Positions 42,070 through 56,551 of a stretch of 64,000 bases of DNA are shown here, one piece after another (within the stretch, counting starts at the first letter, position 1; every line of letters starts with the position of its first letter). Origin of the DNA: Octopus vulgaris. Its lineage: Eukaryota. The notes beneath the pieces are model-generated. The model worked only from the letters and a program-made list of their open reading frames with translations, had not been told where the DNA came from and made no database searches. The stretch is taken from contig OX597816.1 in assembly GCA_951406725.2 (NCBI GenBank), positions 120,342,001 to 120,406,000 on the forward strand. Direction: 5' to 3'. The position numbers and the translations under genes are program-made.

Positions 42070-42570
42070 TAGTGCTTTTCAACGTAAGCAATGCTGTCCC
42101 TAGGGGATGGGTGGAAAATTTTTATATGGATACTGGGATACGGATGGATGCAACTGTACAGTTTTTTCTTCAACGCCTTGTATTGTTTAAATATTAATTA
42201 AAAAAAAATAAAGGTAATATTATGATAATCAGTTTCTTAACCAAAATCGCAACAACAATGACAATAACAAGACGATAATAATAGACTTCGAATATATACT
42301 ATCTGTGTTAATTGCATTCGCTATTAGTTGGGTGATGCTGTGGTAAGTTGTCATTCGTGTCAAATGGTCCTCGTAGTTAAATTACTTTGATATAATATTA
42401 CGTGTATGCACATTAGAAATGTCGGAGTTTTTGAATTGTAGTAAGAATGTATTTAAATGAAGCAAGTGGACGTTGAACTGTGGCAAGTGGGCGTTGAATT
42501 GTTGCAAAGGGCGTTGAAAAGTGTGAATAGTACAAAAGGAGAGAAAGTTAAAAGAGTTTGAGAAACATTG
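42070..42570. mobile_element. hAT (Charlie-like) MITE with an 8 bp TSD
   Basis: Ends TAGTGCTTTTCAA and TTGAGAAACATTG; flanks TTTTAGAT (42062-42069) and TTTTAGAC (42571-42578). Confidence 0.7.
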
Positions 42571-43066
42571 TTTTAGACGAAATATATGTAGAATATTATG
42601 AATATCCGGTTGCTACTTTTATATAAAAGAATTTCATTATTTATTTTGTTTAAATGATTATAGAAGAGGAAAGAAATAAAATATAAAATCATTTGAAATT
42701 TAATAAAGGCTAGCAGTTTCGATGTAAGATCCAATAAATTTGTGAATTTATAATAACCCGCCAGAATATAGCTTCTATCTAGTTCGATAAAAGGAATGGC
42801 ATTATGTCAATGTGATTAACGATAAATTTCAACCGGCATCGTAGCGTGATGGAAGTTTCTGGCATGTCAATCAAATATGTTTAAACGGTTTCAACCTCAA
42901 ACTGAAATATTTTCTCTTAAGTTGTTTATAAAATTGAGAAGATACGCCACAAATTTCAATTTCTCTACTTTAAATGTGTGTAAGAAAATAGTATTTTGTT
43001 GCTGAATTACTACAGGCTATGTTGCCTTATGTAACTGTTCTCCAATATCTGTAACACATACACTGC

Positions 43067-43067
<1 letters not shown>

Positions 43068-43132
<65 letters not shown>
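43068..43132. repeat. (GT)n microsatellite
   Basis: Read directly from the sequence. Confidence 0.95.
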
Positions 43133-43134
<2 letters not shown>

Positions 43135-45026
43135 CAAACTGTGACATTCAAACATTTCACAAAAGTATTATCGGCGCAAATAAGACAAATTTCCTACAGC
43201 TGGCGATCGAGTTCAAATAGTGATTTAATTTACCATAGGTTTACCTTTTACTTTTCTGGTTATTATTTTGCTTATTTAATATTTCTAGTTATCATAATTA
43301 ACAGCAATTTACTACAAAGATACAGTCTCTTAAAAATATGTGTAATAAAAATATTAACCAAAACCAAAATTTGTATATCCGTTGCGAGGTAAGTTATTCT
43401 TTGAAGAATGAGTTAGCTTAATTAGGTATCAATGTTATGAAAATATATAATTGGCAGTCAAGGTAATGAATATGCAAAAATTCTGCTGGTTCCTAAAGAA
43501 CATCAAATCAACTCTGAATAGGTCTTTTAAGTTTTCTGAGAGTTCTTAAATATAATTAAAACAAGATGTTGAAAATATATCTCACAGCATATCTACAGCA
43601 TGAATATCTGAAAAATAATCATTATGTGTATTAATTAACTTTGATTCAGTTTCTAACACGGTACTAGACAGGAATGATTTAAAACAAATCTTGACGACAT
43701 ACATTCTGCAGAACTTTCTCGTGTGACTCGTATTGATTCTGGCAATAACAATAGCTTATTAGAAAACTAAAATATTAACTCTTTGAAACTGCTGCAGATA
43801 TCTGTAATGTACTTCACACAGATAATTTTGTATAATCTGCTTCTATAATTAAGGAATTAAAATTCAGGATCAAAACTAATCTATCTCTTGCAATCCTATA
43901 ATCATAAAATGATAAAATAAAAGCTATCTAGTGTCAATAAAATTAATTAAAATTCTGCTACTTTCTCTACTCTTAATTGAGTCATATACTTTTATTCAGA
44001 TTTAGCGAACAAGACAATATATTACAAAATTTGAAAGCTCTGCAAGATGTCGAATGTTATATTTATTCATGAAATTGTTGTTGCTGTTTACTCTCAGATC
44101 ACTATTGATCGAACAGAAGTATTTTCATTTTTACCACCCTATCCTTTTTTTCAAATATATCTGAAACTATATTATCCGCTATGTTCTTCCATTTTTTAAT
44201 ACCTACCGGAATTTTATAGAAAGTTGGCTACTTTTACTTGCAGGTTAAGTAACTGCATAATTTTCTCGCCGACTCGATCACAGAAGGCACCGGGCCGTTG
44301 CTGAGGAACGGTTCATTATGAAATTCTAAATATTTTTTGACGTAATTGAAACTTTTTTAGTTTCAGTAACAGAAAATTTCCATTCACTATATAATTTCAT
44401 TTTATGTCCGATTTTCTGGTAATTTAATAATTTTAATGACATGAATAATGTCTTAATTTAAAAACAATATTATATTTAAAATAATTTCATTCACATTAAC
44501 ATATCTTCCGTAATTTATGGAAAAAGCATTTTCACTCTTTGAATCTAATTTTTCATGTGAATTTTATTTTTATAGCAGCAATAAATATTCCTTGAGTAAA
44601 AAGCTTTCCAGATACTCTTGGTGCTTTGGCAAGGGAATAAGTTTTGTTTATCGATCGATGTAAAAAATGGGGAGATGGAGAAAATAGGAGCAGGAATAAA
44701 AAGGGAGACAATAAGAATATTGCACAAACTATTGGAAACAACAAGAGACCAAGTCGTAAAATTACCTACCAAATGAGATACTATTGGTTTAAAAACTTAA
44801 GGCACTGAACTGGAAAGTAGACTAAGTTACGAAATTCGTGTTTTGGGCTGGTATGTTCTGAAAAAATGTTAGTGAATTTAAGCAAAACAGGGATTTCATT
44901 AACGGGAATGTGAAATATCTTAGTGTAAACAATGGCATTATCATCGAAATACACGATTGGGGCGATATAAACGGAATAAGAGCGGGCAAATGAAATAAGC
45001 TGTTACTGGTATGTATGCATGCATAA

Positions 45027-45099
<73 letters not shown>

Positions 45100-45164
45100 T
45101 ATGACTGTATGCGCGCACGCACACACGTACACACATGCACACACAATCGCACGCGCACACACAT

Positions 45165-45545
45165 GTCGGAACTAGGGCTCCTGGCACCTGGAGTGTCAGA
45201 AGGCGCTCGCAGCCCTCAGCCAGTCGGACAATGCGGTCGGTGGATATTCGGCACTGAAGTTCTATAGGAGATAAATAGCGGGCAAGAGCGGTGACGTATT
45301 CGGGGAACTTCGGGGCACTGGGAGAGATCAATTGGCTGTTTTTTGGGGAAGAGTTTCGGGCCGGTGCTTATAGATAATTTTCAGAAATCTCTGACCTGGC
45401 AGTGCTACCGGGTTGGAGTGGGGGCTGTTCCGGTTCGAGACAAGCCCTAGAGGCACAGAACCTGTCCGATGAAACTGTCAAATGAACCTGTGTAATGTCC
45501 AGCCATTGCTGACTTGTAGAGCTTTGTGCCTTCCCTTTCCACCCT
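45165..45545 (+). mobile_element. L1/Tx1-like ORF2 C-terminal fragment (GC-rich)
   Basis: Reads FGPVLIDNFQKSLTWQCYR..AVPVRDKP*RH..CP..ETV; this explains the local GC island. Confidence 0.6.
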
Positions 45546-45591
45546 TTCCACATGTGATGCATGTGCCCGGTGTACACTTATCATCATCATA

Positions 45592-46145
<554 letters not shown>

Positions 46146-47339
46146 TAATAATAATAATAATAATAATAATAATTATAATAATAATAATAATAAAACTTAT
46201 GCCAGATCGTCATCGCCCGGGACAAGGACCGCATTATCCAGTGGGGAACTAGACTGGGATAGAAAAGTCTGCTGCTGGAACAAACTCTCTCTCTCAAAAA
46301 AAAAGAACTACCAGGTAACGAGAAGCAGAATAACCCTAACCGTAGACCTGTAGTGACACCACCAAAAACACCACCTAAAGCAAAACGCACAAACAGGACT
46401 AGATAGAATTATAGAGACATGTTGAAAGCTTTCTATACAGCCCAACTAATCTAAACAATAACCTCATTGTACAAGCATACACTTCATAGGGGAACTTAGT
46501 AAGCAACGAAGTACGCAGATATATAGACACAAATAAATTAAGTAATGTACGTAGAGACATCATTAAGAATAAAAGGTTAACTGACGCTGAAATTAGCCAA
46601 ATTAGGACACAAATATCTCATGGTAGACCAAATGAAAACAGCAACCTATTTCATCATGCGGATGAAATAGGTAACAGATGCACAGAACCCAGTGCACGAA
46701 CAGTACATCTGAACGAGGAAGCTGAAGAAAGAATAGCGAAGAACAGATATGCGGAAAAAAGAGGAGAAAGTAGACCTACCTCACGAACGCCAGAATAGAT
46801 ATGACACAGAATTTGAGGAGAATAATAAAGAGATCATAGAAGCAAAAGAAGATACTATGAGAGAGCGCAGTAAGACTGAATTTACTGACATGATCAATAG
46901 AGAACCGCAATCAAAACTCTCAAACAGCATAAAATATAACAATACAATCATGATGTATAATGTTGCTCTTAGACAGATCTTAAGAAATAAAATAAATGAC
47001 CTAACAACCTTAAATAACCTCACTTATTCCACTGCTAAAGTTGTAACTGCTCAACTAGGTATCAGGACGACACAGAAAAAGATCAACCATGTCAATAGAC
47101 CTAAGTGTAAAGTAGCAATACAAAAAGAGATCGAATTTTTGCGGGCGGATATATTAGTTCTCGATGAACTTGCTAGAGGAGTAGATGTTAAGACGAAACA
47201 AGCTAGAAGAATCAAGCAAAAATATAAAACTCAAAGATTTTATAGACTTCCCTACAACCAAGGGAATAGCGAAAACCCAACCGCTCAGAATGTATGACAA
47301 GAGAATCGAATTTTATCGACAAAGTATTCAAGACGAATG

Positions 47340-48331
47340 TTCTTTTTATTATTTTTTTTATTCTTTTACTTGCTTTAGTCATTTGACTGTGGACATGCTT
47401 CAGCACCACCTTTAACAGTACAAATAGACCCCAGAACTTATTATTAGGACTGTATTTGGCAGTAATTATTAGGACTGAATTTAGCAGTAATTACTTCCAA
47501 ATGCAGTCCTAATAATAAGTTCTCTATTGAATTCTCTATTGAATTCAATGGAATTCAATAGAGTTCTCTATTGAATTCTACGAGGTATGAACTCGTACAA
47601 AGTTTCAATTGTTTCTAAAGGAATTGTTATCTATTCTTCAGCTAAAACAGTATCTAGCTCTTGTAGTGATGATAGTGGAGGATATCGACTCCTTACTTGT
47701 TTTACTAAAATGCACCATAAATGTTCAATAATATTGAGATCTGGGGATTGTGGTGGCCAGATAAGATGTTCAATTTCACTAAAATGTTCCTTATGCCATT
47801 CAGTAACAACTTTAGCTGTGTGAATTGGTGCATTATCATCTTGAAAGATTGCATTTCCCTCCGGAAACAGTTCCGCAAACATAGGATGAATTTGATCAGA
47901 TAAAATGCTTAAATAATTTTGACTATTAATTCTGCCACGAAGGGAAACCATTGGGCCGGCGGATCATATACGAGGACCAACAAGTCCGAGAGATCTGCCG
48001 TTTTAATGAATTTTAATTACCTTTTTACTGATGATATCTGAAAAGAAACAGCAATTATAGCAAAACATATTAAGCAATACTAATAATAAATCAACAAACA
48101 TAAAAAGAAACTAGCTTTTGACGGTTTTATAGATATTTTAAAATTATGATGCTCTGATGCTAGGTGTTTCCATTATATACGACGGGCTTCTTTCAGTTTC
48201 CGTCTACCAAATTCACTCACAAGGTTTTGGTCGGTCCGAGGCTACAGTAGAAGACATTTGCCCAAGGTTCCATGCAGTGGAACTGAAATCGGAACCATGT
48301 GATTAGGAAGCAAGCTTCTTACCACTCAGCC
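47340..48331 (-). mobile_element. SINE family 2, split by a Tc1 fragment and inserted in the R4 element
   Basis: The SINE tail is at 47340-47445 and the head at 48177-48331; the R4 frame RIEFYRQ...AKTFYREIGK resumes across the insert. Confidence 0.75.
47585..48176 (-). mobile_element. Internally deleted Tc1-like fragment
   Basis: ORF 47631-47951 contains FQDDNAPIHTAK and WPPQSPDLNIIEHLW (Tc1 DD34E C-terminal motifs). Confidence 0.9.
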
Positions 48332-50477
48332 ATTTCTGCAAAGACATTTTATAGGGAAATTGGCAAAAACAAGATAGATATAAAGGAGCCACCTAAGACT
48401 GAGAAAATGGAAGAGTTCTGCAAGAAGATATGGAACAACGAAAAAGAATATAATGCTGAAGCTCATTGGATAGAACTTGAGAAAGTGAGACTGGATGAAG
48501 TTGAAGAGCAGAAATGGGAGGCAATTGGAGTAGAAGAGCTAAGATGTGTTCTTAGAAAGACTCACAAATGGAAAACCTCAGGAATGACTTCTGGCTGAAT
48601 TGTTTGACAGAAGTACATCAAAATTTTGCTGCATCATTCACTGATGTCGTCTACAACTCAGAGTACATACCTGCCTGGCTGACCGAAGGAACAACATATC
48701 TTCTATCAAAAACTGAAGACACGAAAGATCCAAAGAACCATTGACTAATAACATGTCTCAACATCACCTACAAGATCCTCACATCGATACTGAAAGGATA
48801 TACGCTTTCCTTGAATAGAGATTTATCCTACCATAAGATCAAAAAGGTTGTAAAAGGAATTCTTATGGATGCTAATATCAATTACTCATAAATAAAATGA
48901 TTGTAGAGAATAGCCTCGGTAAAAAGAAGAACCTGACTATGGCATGGATGGACTTCAGGAAAGCTTTTGATTGTGTCCCACATAATTGGCTGCTCAAGGC
49001 CCTTGAGATATATAAGATTTCTCATGTTGTTTCCAAATTATTTAAAGGTAGCATGGCTAAGTGGAATACACGTCTCCTCTTACACCATAGTAATGGGATG
49101 AGCCAATCTAACATCAACATCAAGCGAGGCATCTTTCAAAGAGACTCCCTCTCCCCATTACTCTTTTGTACGGCATTGATCCCACTGTCAAACGAATTGA
49201 ATAACACTAGGTATGGGTTCAAAGTGTATAATATTATTGTAAACCATCTATTTTATATGGACGATCTGAAGCTGTTCTTAAATGACGAAGAGCTAGTAGG
49301 GCTGTTAACTGTTAAAGAGTTCAGCAATGATATTGGGATGGATTTTGCCGTCCATAAATGTGCTAAAGCAACTTTTGTAAGAGGCAAGCTCAAATAAACA
49401 GCTTCCATTAAATTAGATAATGACACTACTATCAAGGAGCTTGACCCACAACAAAGCCATAAATACTTGGGGATAAACGAAGGAAATGGTACATGACATG
49501 CACTATGAAGGAGAAAATAAGAAAGGAATATTAGAGGCGAATAAGACATATACTAAAACTGAACTCAACTCCAAACATTACATCGAAGCCATTAACACCC
49601 TGGCACTTCCAGTAGTCGAATATAGTTTCAACATCATTAACTAGTATCTAACAGATCTCCAACGCTTGGACAGGAAAACAAGAAAACTACTAACATCTAA
49701 GAACATGCACCACCCAAAATCAGACGTTGAATCGTCTGTATCTTCCTAGAAGTAATGGAGAAACAAGATTGATACAAGTAGAGCTGTGCTATAAGACATC
49801 TAAAATACCAATGAACAAGTACTTATCTAGTACAAAGGATTCGATGCTGTGGCTTGAGTGCAAACACGAAAGCAGCAAAAAATCACATTCTATTGTCAAA
49901 GAAGCTTGCAAATTTGCGAAGGAACTCGACATTAACCCTGAATTAGATAAAGAACCTGAAATCACTGCCACAAAAAAGCACAACGGATCAAGTAGACTGC
50001 AAAAAAGAACGGGTAGAAACAAAATGAGGAGCGGTGGCGCCAGAAGCCTCTGCATGGACAATATATACTGATGTAAACCGAAATGCTGATGTAAACCAAA
50101 CAACAACCCATCGGTGGCTCAGAAGCTCAGGACTGAAAGCAGAGACTGAAGGTCTCATAATCAAAATGTACTTACCAGGCTAACGTTCTTCAAAAAGGTT
50201 CTGACTCTAAATGCAGATTCTGTGATAAATTTGATGAAACAATAGACCATCGCGTCTCGGCTTGTCCTGTGCTGACACCAAGCGAATACAAAAATCGCCA
50301 TGATAGGGTAGGACAGTATTCAAATTAGAAAATATGTAAATACTAAAAAATCAGCACTCCTGCTTACTGATATTGACATCATTCTGAGCCAGTCGCTGAA
50401 GGGGAAAAAGGTCATTATCTGCTGGGATTTTTCAGTCAACACCGACAGAACAATTGAGGCTAATCGACCAGACATAG

Positions 50478-50561
<84 letters not shown>

Positions 50562-51859
50562 ATAATAATAATACAATGAAATTGTACCAGTGTTCCGTAT
50601 TTATTAAAATGATCCTACCAAGATACATCTGTTCCTACACATGTTTCACATCAAGAATCTTGCAAAACAGTTAAAGCTATTCAAAAATTGGTTGCTCTCT
50701 ATAAACGAAGGTGTGATTTTTGGAGCATGTTCATATGGTTTATTAGGAGTAAATCATTGACCAAATTGTTGTAAGCCGAATCTAATTGTCGTCACGAACG
50801 CCATTTTGATAAGCAACGTTTTTGTTGCCACTTATAAGTTAATAACAAATCCTTTGTTTTAGAATGCGTTACGGCTGTTTTCAATATAGTCAGTTTAAGA
50901 AATTATGGGAAACTGTAGTATAGGGAGTTGTCCCATACTATTTTATTTTGTCTGTTAAAATGATTTGATCAATACTACTAGAAATTCTTTATTGAAGGAC
51001 AGTTGTAGTTAGCATCGAAGTTCAGTGGCAAATTCAATTAGATTAGACCGAAATCGGGAAAAATGATGAATATTAATCCGTATGTTCATTAACTGCATTG
51101 TCATCAAATAACTGACTGATTTTTGGAAAAGTTAATGGAAATTTAAATATCATTTAAAAGTATAAACTGCATCTAAAAATGTATCCTTGTTTATAATTAT
51201 AAATACCTCCAAGCGACCGTGTCAATAAACTGACCCATGGTACAGCGATGATTTTCAAGAATTATATTTTCATACTATAAGAAACAAAAAAGAAAAATCT
51301 CGACCTGCTAAAAACTATAATAAGGTTATAGAAATTCCATTAGAAGTTCCATTAGGAAAAAATGTAATTGATAGGAAATTTTTTCTCTTAAATGAACTGC
51401 TAATGTATATTAAATATTCTTTTAAAAAATAGAGATTGTTCTGTATAATAACGAAGAAACTTGTATTGAAATGAATGTTCATAGCGCTTTCAAGTTGAAT
51501 TAAATGCACAGAAAGCAAAGAAGCCAAGCAAAAGCAACGGTAGGAAATAATGAGATACTTCTATAGATCTTAATTAAAAGAAACCAATGTACAGGTATTT
51601 AAACACACTATCTAAAGAAAAATCATGTATAGCCTCCTGGGCTTCTGATGATTGAAATAACCTGAAAATTTGAAAATAATATTTAAAAATAATCAAAAAA
51701 GATTATAACAAAAACCATTAATATAAATATGGTGATACAGCTATTTATAATAATATTATTTGGTATTGTGTTAAAGGTAAAAGATATATGGAGCTTTTAT
51801 GATTATTAGTTCTACTTGTTGATTTGTTACATATGAACTAAAGACAAACAGTTGGGTGG

Positions 51860-52228
51860 GTGAGTGGGTAAGGCGAAATAAGTGTCTGTACTTGACTGAT
51901 ACTTATTTTCATGACTCAGAAGAATGCAAAAGCAAAAGTCAACCTCGGCGAGACTTGAACTTGGAACGTAAAGGATATAACTCTAAGTAGTTTGTTCTAA
52001 CGATTTTGCTAATTTCTTCCCTTCCATTCTAATTATCGATTACTTACATAAGTATAAGGCCCACACATTTGGATACAGAGTCGATTACATCAACACATTT
52101 GGAGGTAGAGTTGATTACATCAACCCCAGTACTTGACTGGTACTTATTTTATCGACAAACATTAGAATGATGAAAAGCAAAGTTGATCTCGACTAGATTT
52201 CCACTAACGATTCTGCCAAGCCATCACC
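51860..52228 (-). mobile_element. Two adjacent degenerate SINE family 1 copies
   Basis: Cores near 51890-51970 and 52110-52200. Confidence 0.65.
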
Positions 52229-52565
52229 CTCTAAAACTGTAGTTCTTAAAGTGGCCCTAAGGGTAGTGGCAAAATTCAGTGGGAGTCGAAGAAAAATGGT
52301 GATAATAGAGTGACCAAAAGGGTTCGATGGATACCAACGCTCCACTCCGTTTTTCAATGATACACTCAAATTTAGAAAACAGTGATTAAGAATCGATCTG
52401 AAAAACGTTTTAATAAAACTAACTTTAAGCAAGAACAGAACAAAAATAAATTTTTTAAATCATCAGTTTACTAACGAAGCTGGCCATAGTATATAACACT
52501 GAATAAAAACAATGTCAACAACAACAATAATGACGACAAAAATAACAGCAATAATAAAATCAAAA

Positions 52566-52606
<41 letters not shown>

Positions 52607-52609
<3 letters not shown>

Positions 52610-52755
52610 GTTCGGAGTTCAAATTCCATCGAGGTCAACTTTGCCTTTCATCCTTACTAGATCTATAAAACAAGTGCCAGTTAAGCACTGGGGTCGATGT
52701 AATCGACTGGCCTCCTCTCCCCAAATTTCTAACCGTGTGTTAAAATATAAAACCA
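52607..52755 (+). mobile_element. SINE family 1 (5'-truncated)
   Basis: Contains GGAGTTCAAATTCC..GCCTTTCATCC..GGGGTCGATGTAATCGAC. Confidence 0.75.
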
Positions 52756-52877
52756 ATATGATATTCATTTTTACCTTTTCGCTTTCTGTCGCGATTTTCC
52801 AGAACAAAATATCGGTTTTTACTTCGTATATATGTGTGAAATACACACACACACACACACATATGTAAATATATATC

Positions 52878-52934
<57 letters not shown>

Positions 52935-52980
52935 GTATATGTATATATTCCTACTTGTACGACTGTGTATCTATGGTATG

Positions 52981-54262
52981 TATCAGGTCAGCCCATAAGT
53001 TTTGTCCGAATTTTGAATAAATAAAACAAGTAATAAAATGTTATATTTAATTGAAATTTAATCATCAATGTACTTTCCCTGATTATCTACGACTTCCTTC
53101 AATCTATTTACAAGTTTTCTAATCCCATCAATGTAAAATTATTTTGGTTTCAAAGCGAAGAACTCTGAAACGTCAGTTTCGACCTCCTCCTGGCTTGCGA
53201 AAGTTATGTTCCCCAAATGATTCTGTAAGCTACGAAACAAATGGTAGTCTGAAGAAGCAAGGTGGGGAGAATAAGGTAGAGAAGGAATTTTTTCCCAACC
53301 AAGCTCTTCGATCTTATGTGATGTGATATTTGCATCATTATCCTGATGAAACATCACTCCTTTTCGATTCACTAATGCGGGCCTTTTTTCCTTCAAAGCT
53401 TTGTTCAAACGCTCTAATTGCTGACAGTAGACTTGAGCATTGATTGTTGCATTAGGTGATAACAATTCAAAGTGAATTACTCCTTTGCAATCCCATTTGA
53501 TAGAGAGAAGAATCTTTTTCCCATGAAGTTCCCTTCTCGGTTGTGGTTGAGCTTTTTCACTTTTACCAAGCCACTGTTTACGACGTTTAATACTTCGATA
53601 GAAGATCCATTTTTCGTCACCAGTCACAAGTCTATTCAAAAAGGGTGAAATGAGTTGGTGAGAATGGAGAAAAGAGCAGATGTCAACTCGGGATTTGCGG
53701 TTGCTTTCGGACAATTCATGAGGCAGCCATTTTCCAAGTTTAAGAACCTTTCCAAGTTGTTGAAGATAACGATGAACAGTTGTATGGTTTGAACTAAGCT
53801 TTATTGCCAATTCTTCAACTGATAATGCAGGATTTTCTTCAAGTAATGCCTCAAGGAGGAGCTTGTCATCAAACTCAAATGGACGTCCTGTTCAATCTTC
53901 ATTTTCAAAGGTGAAATCTCCACTTCTGAATTTTGCAAACCATCTTCTGCAAGTTCTTTCATTCAAGCATTCTTTCCCATAAACTGAGTGTATGTTTCGA
54001 GTCGCTTCGGCTGCAGAGTTTCCTTATTTGTACTCATAAAGCATTATATGCCTCAATTGCTCTTTAGATACTTCCATGTTAGAAAGGGTTTTAATCAAAG
54101 AAATTTTAATTCTATTATTCTATAAAATAATATTTAATTAGTTTAAATGTACACAAATGCATAAAAATAATTTTTAATTCCATTAGACCTTCTAATATAC
54201 TATTAAATTTCATTGAATTTTACAAAGGTAAAATCAGACAGAACTTATGGGATGACCTGATA
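52981..54262 (-). mobile_element. Full-length mariner transposon, copy 2 (same family as 20668-21958)
   Basis: TIRs TCAGGTCAGCCCATAAGT and ACTTATGGGATGACCTGA with TA flanks. ATG is at 54077, a premature TGA lies near 53892, and motifs include WLPHEL, TGDEKW, FHQDN and YSPHLASSDY. Confidence 0.95.
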
Positions 54263-54599
54263 TATGTATTTCTCATTCATTTATGATTGGTTTACACTAC
54301 TGAAAATTGAAAAGCGTTTTTATTATAGCAAACCATGAAATCTTAAGATATAAAGTTGTCCACAATATTTTGTAATTTTTTTCTGTCCATTTTCCTCGCA
54401 TACAACCTTGTGGTAACGGAGTAATAACGTAAATGGTTTGTAGTTCATTTGGCGTCGATTTCTAGCGTACAGGCGTTGTCAATTCAGCGGCCTTTATTAT
54501 AATTATATGAATCATTAAATAATGATTTTATCCTAATTATATATATATATATATTGTTGTATTTGGGGATGGTCATATTGCCAGTTTAGCCAATGAAAA

Positions 54600-56120
54600 C
54601 ACACGCATTATACATTTAGTGTTCACTTGATTTAGTTTTATTTTATATTAATTGTATTTCGGCTAGAGTTCTTTCGTCACACTTCTGTGACCTCATCAGT
54701 GGTTCTTTGCTTTCTTCTTTCTTTTTTGTGTCTCCTTTTACTAACGAGTTGCCATTTTGTATTCCTGTTGTATGTGTCTGTATTTGCGCATGCATATATC
54801 TCTGTGTGTCTTTATATGCACATGCGTGTATCCCTATGTGTTTGGGAATGTGTATGGCATCTGCATTATCAGTATTCCCTGTTTATTCACGTTCGTTTAA
54901 TTTACTTTTATTTATTTTTATTCATTTGATTTTATCTACTTACTTTTTCATTTCTTTTTTGTGTTTAATTTAATTTATTTTGTTTATGTATATAATTATT
55001 TCATTCCATTTATATATCTGTGTATTATATTGGTTTGATATTATTATTAGATTATGGGTATCTTATTCTGTCATAGATTGTGGTATGTGTGTGCGTGGGG
55101 GGGGCTGTGTGTGCTAGTATTCCATTCTAGTTTTCTATTTAGCCTGGTTTATCATCTATCATGTGTGTAGCTTCTATAATTTGTCGAAGCGTTGCGTCTA
55201 TTCTATGTGTGGACAAGATTTTAACTTCTATATTGTTGAGTGAGCCCTCGTCTTCCCATTCGGTGTACCGGTATAGAACCGATGAGCTCTGCATTTCCTT
55301 AAGTCCCTTTCAATGCACATTTATCCGCTCTCATATGCTCCTTACTGTTTCCACTACGGACACCGTTGCCTTGTTTCTGCACCGTCTCTCTGTACATCTT
55401 ATATTATCGACTACATTCCTTGCTTTACAGTTTGTTTGTGGGCTAAATCTACATACAATACAGTTCCTATCATTACAGGGGGTTCTACTAAAAGGGTAGG
55501 TTCTACGGATTAGAGTTTGATTGGGTTACCTGGCCTTTCTACAACCTTAATTCTTAGCTTAAGCTTATCTAGGGCCCATCTAAAGCGGTACGCCAGTTCG
55601 CCTCTAGGGGCGATGTCGACGAAAATGAAACTCTAGTATTTGTGGCTATCATACCATTAGTTGGCCTTCCCCATTTTCTTCTTAGTCCTTTCAATGATAT
55701 TCCATGACTTGCTGCTATAGAGTGGGCAAATCCCCTTCCTATCCTTACGTATGATAGTTTCAAATTTCCTCTTGGTTCCTTTATATACTCTGATTCTTTC
55801 TCTATGGCTGTATCCTGAGAACTGCATGCGGTGATCGAAGTGTTGTATGTGTCTCTTTAACTCTGTAGGGTCGCACATGTGGGACACGTTTCTCATTAAT
55901 CTGATGAGATCTGCCATCAATATAATGCATTTGTTATTGTCCGCGATAGCTGAGTTCCGGTGAATCAGGTATTTGGAGGCCATAGGTTTTGCGTAGTGTG
56001 AATGGAGGATTTGGGTTTTATTATTCACAGTTTCCAGTCAGAGTACTTGTAGTCTATGGTTAGGGTGTATCGTAGGGTAGTCTATCGTGACCTTAATATT
56101 CTGGTGAATGGAGTTAGCTA
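54600..56120 (-). mobile_element. Penelope-like element 3' portion (RT thumb, GIY-YIG and pLTR)
   Basis: Reads HYAKPMASKYLIHRNSA (ORF 55657-56028), then CIVCRF..NCKARNVVDNIRC...C....VETVR and ATLRQIIEATH (decayed GIY-YIG); an HHR-like core lies downstream at 54661-54705. Confidence 0.8.
54661..54705 (-). ncRNA. Degenerate hammerhead motif in the PLE pLTR
   Basis: CTGATGA-G-GTCACA-GAAG-TGTGAC-GAAA has a perfect 6 bp stem II; stems I and III are imperfect. Confidence 0.5.
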
Positions 56121-56306
56121 TTTGCTGGATGCTCTCCATGGTATTAATTTCCTATGGCCTTTACACCTGTATATGTGTGAATGTATGTGTGTGTATGTAT
56201 ATATGTATGTATGAAAATATATGTATATATAGAGATAGATATTGATACAAACGGTAAGACAACAAAAGAAAGAAAGAGACCTCGATATTATGTAAATATA
56301 GGTATT

Positions 56307-56465
56307 TATCTGTAAATGTAATATGTGACAATTATTCGGTAGCCATGATAAAACTCCGGAAAAATGGCCGGATAACTGAAGAGATAGCGGCGTGGAGTTC
56401 CACCTCGGCATCCGAAAGCGGAGTTTTATCATGGCTACCGAATAATTGCCACATATTACATTTAC

Positions 56466-56470
<5 letters not shown>
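56307..56470 (+). ncRNA. Hammerhead-like motif embedded in a 52 bp inverted repeat
   Basis: IR arms are 56307-56358 and 56419-56470. The motif is GATAA-CTGAAGA (56371-56382), a stem II hairpin, GAAA (56414-56417) and GTT-TTATC; stem III is mismatched. Confidence 0.5.
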
Positions 56471-56550
<80 letters not shown>

Positions 56551-56551
56551 T

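Larger units (their letters stand above)
46193..50480 (+). mobile_element. Long decayed R4/Dong element (N-terminal region to RLE), interrupted
   Basis: Has an N-terminal ORF at 46749-47297, WMDFRKAFDCVPH, GIFQRDSLSPLLF, HLFYMDDLKLF, CRFCDKFDETIDH and NRPDI. It breaks off into (CTA)n and carries an insert at 47340-48331. Confidence 0.9.

Noticed and set aside
44822-45331. 169 aa minus-strand ORF and GC-rich possible promoter
   Set aside because: It spans microsatellites and is antisense to an L1/Tx1-like fragment that explains the GC content.
46193-46300. HDV-like ribozyme at the 5' end of the long R4 element
   Set aside because: I could not build the nested double pseudoknot by eye; this needs a covariance search.
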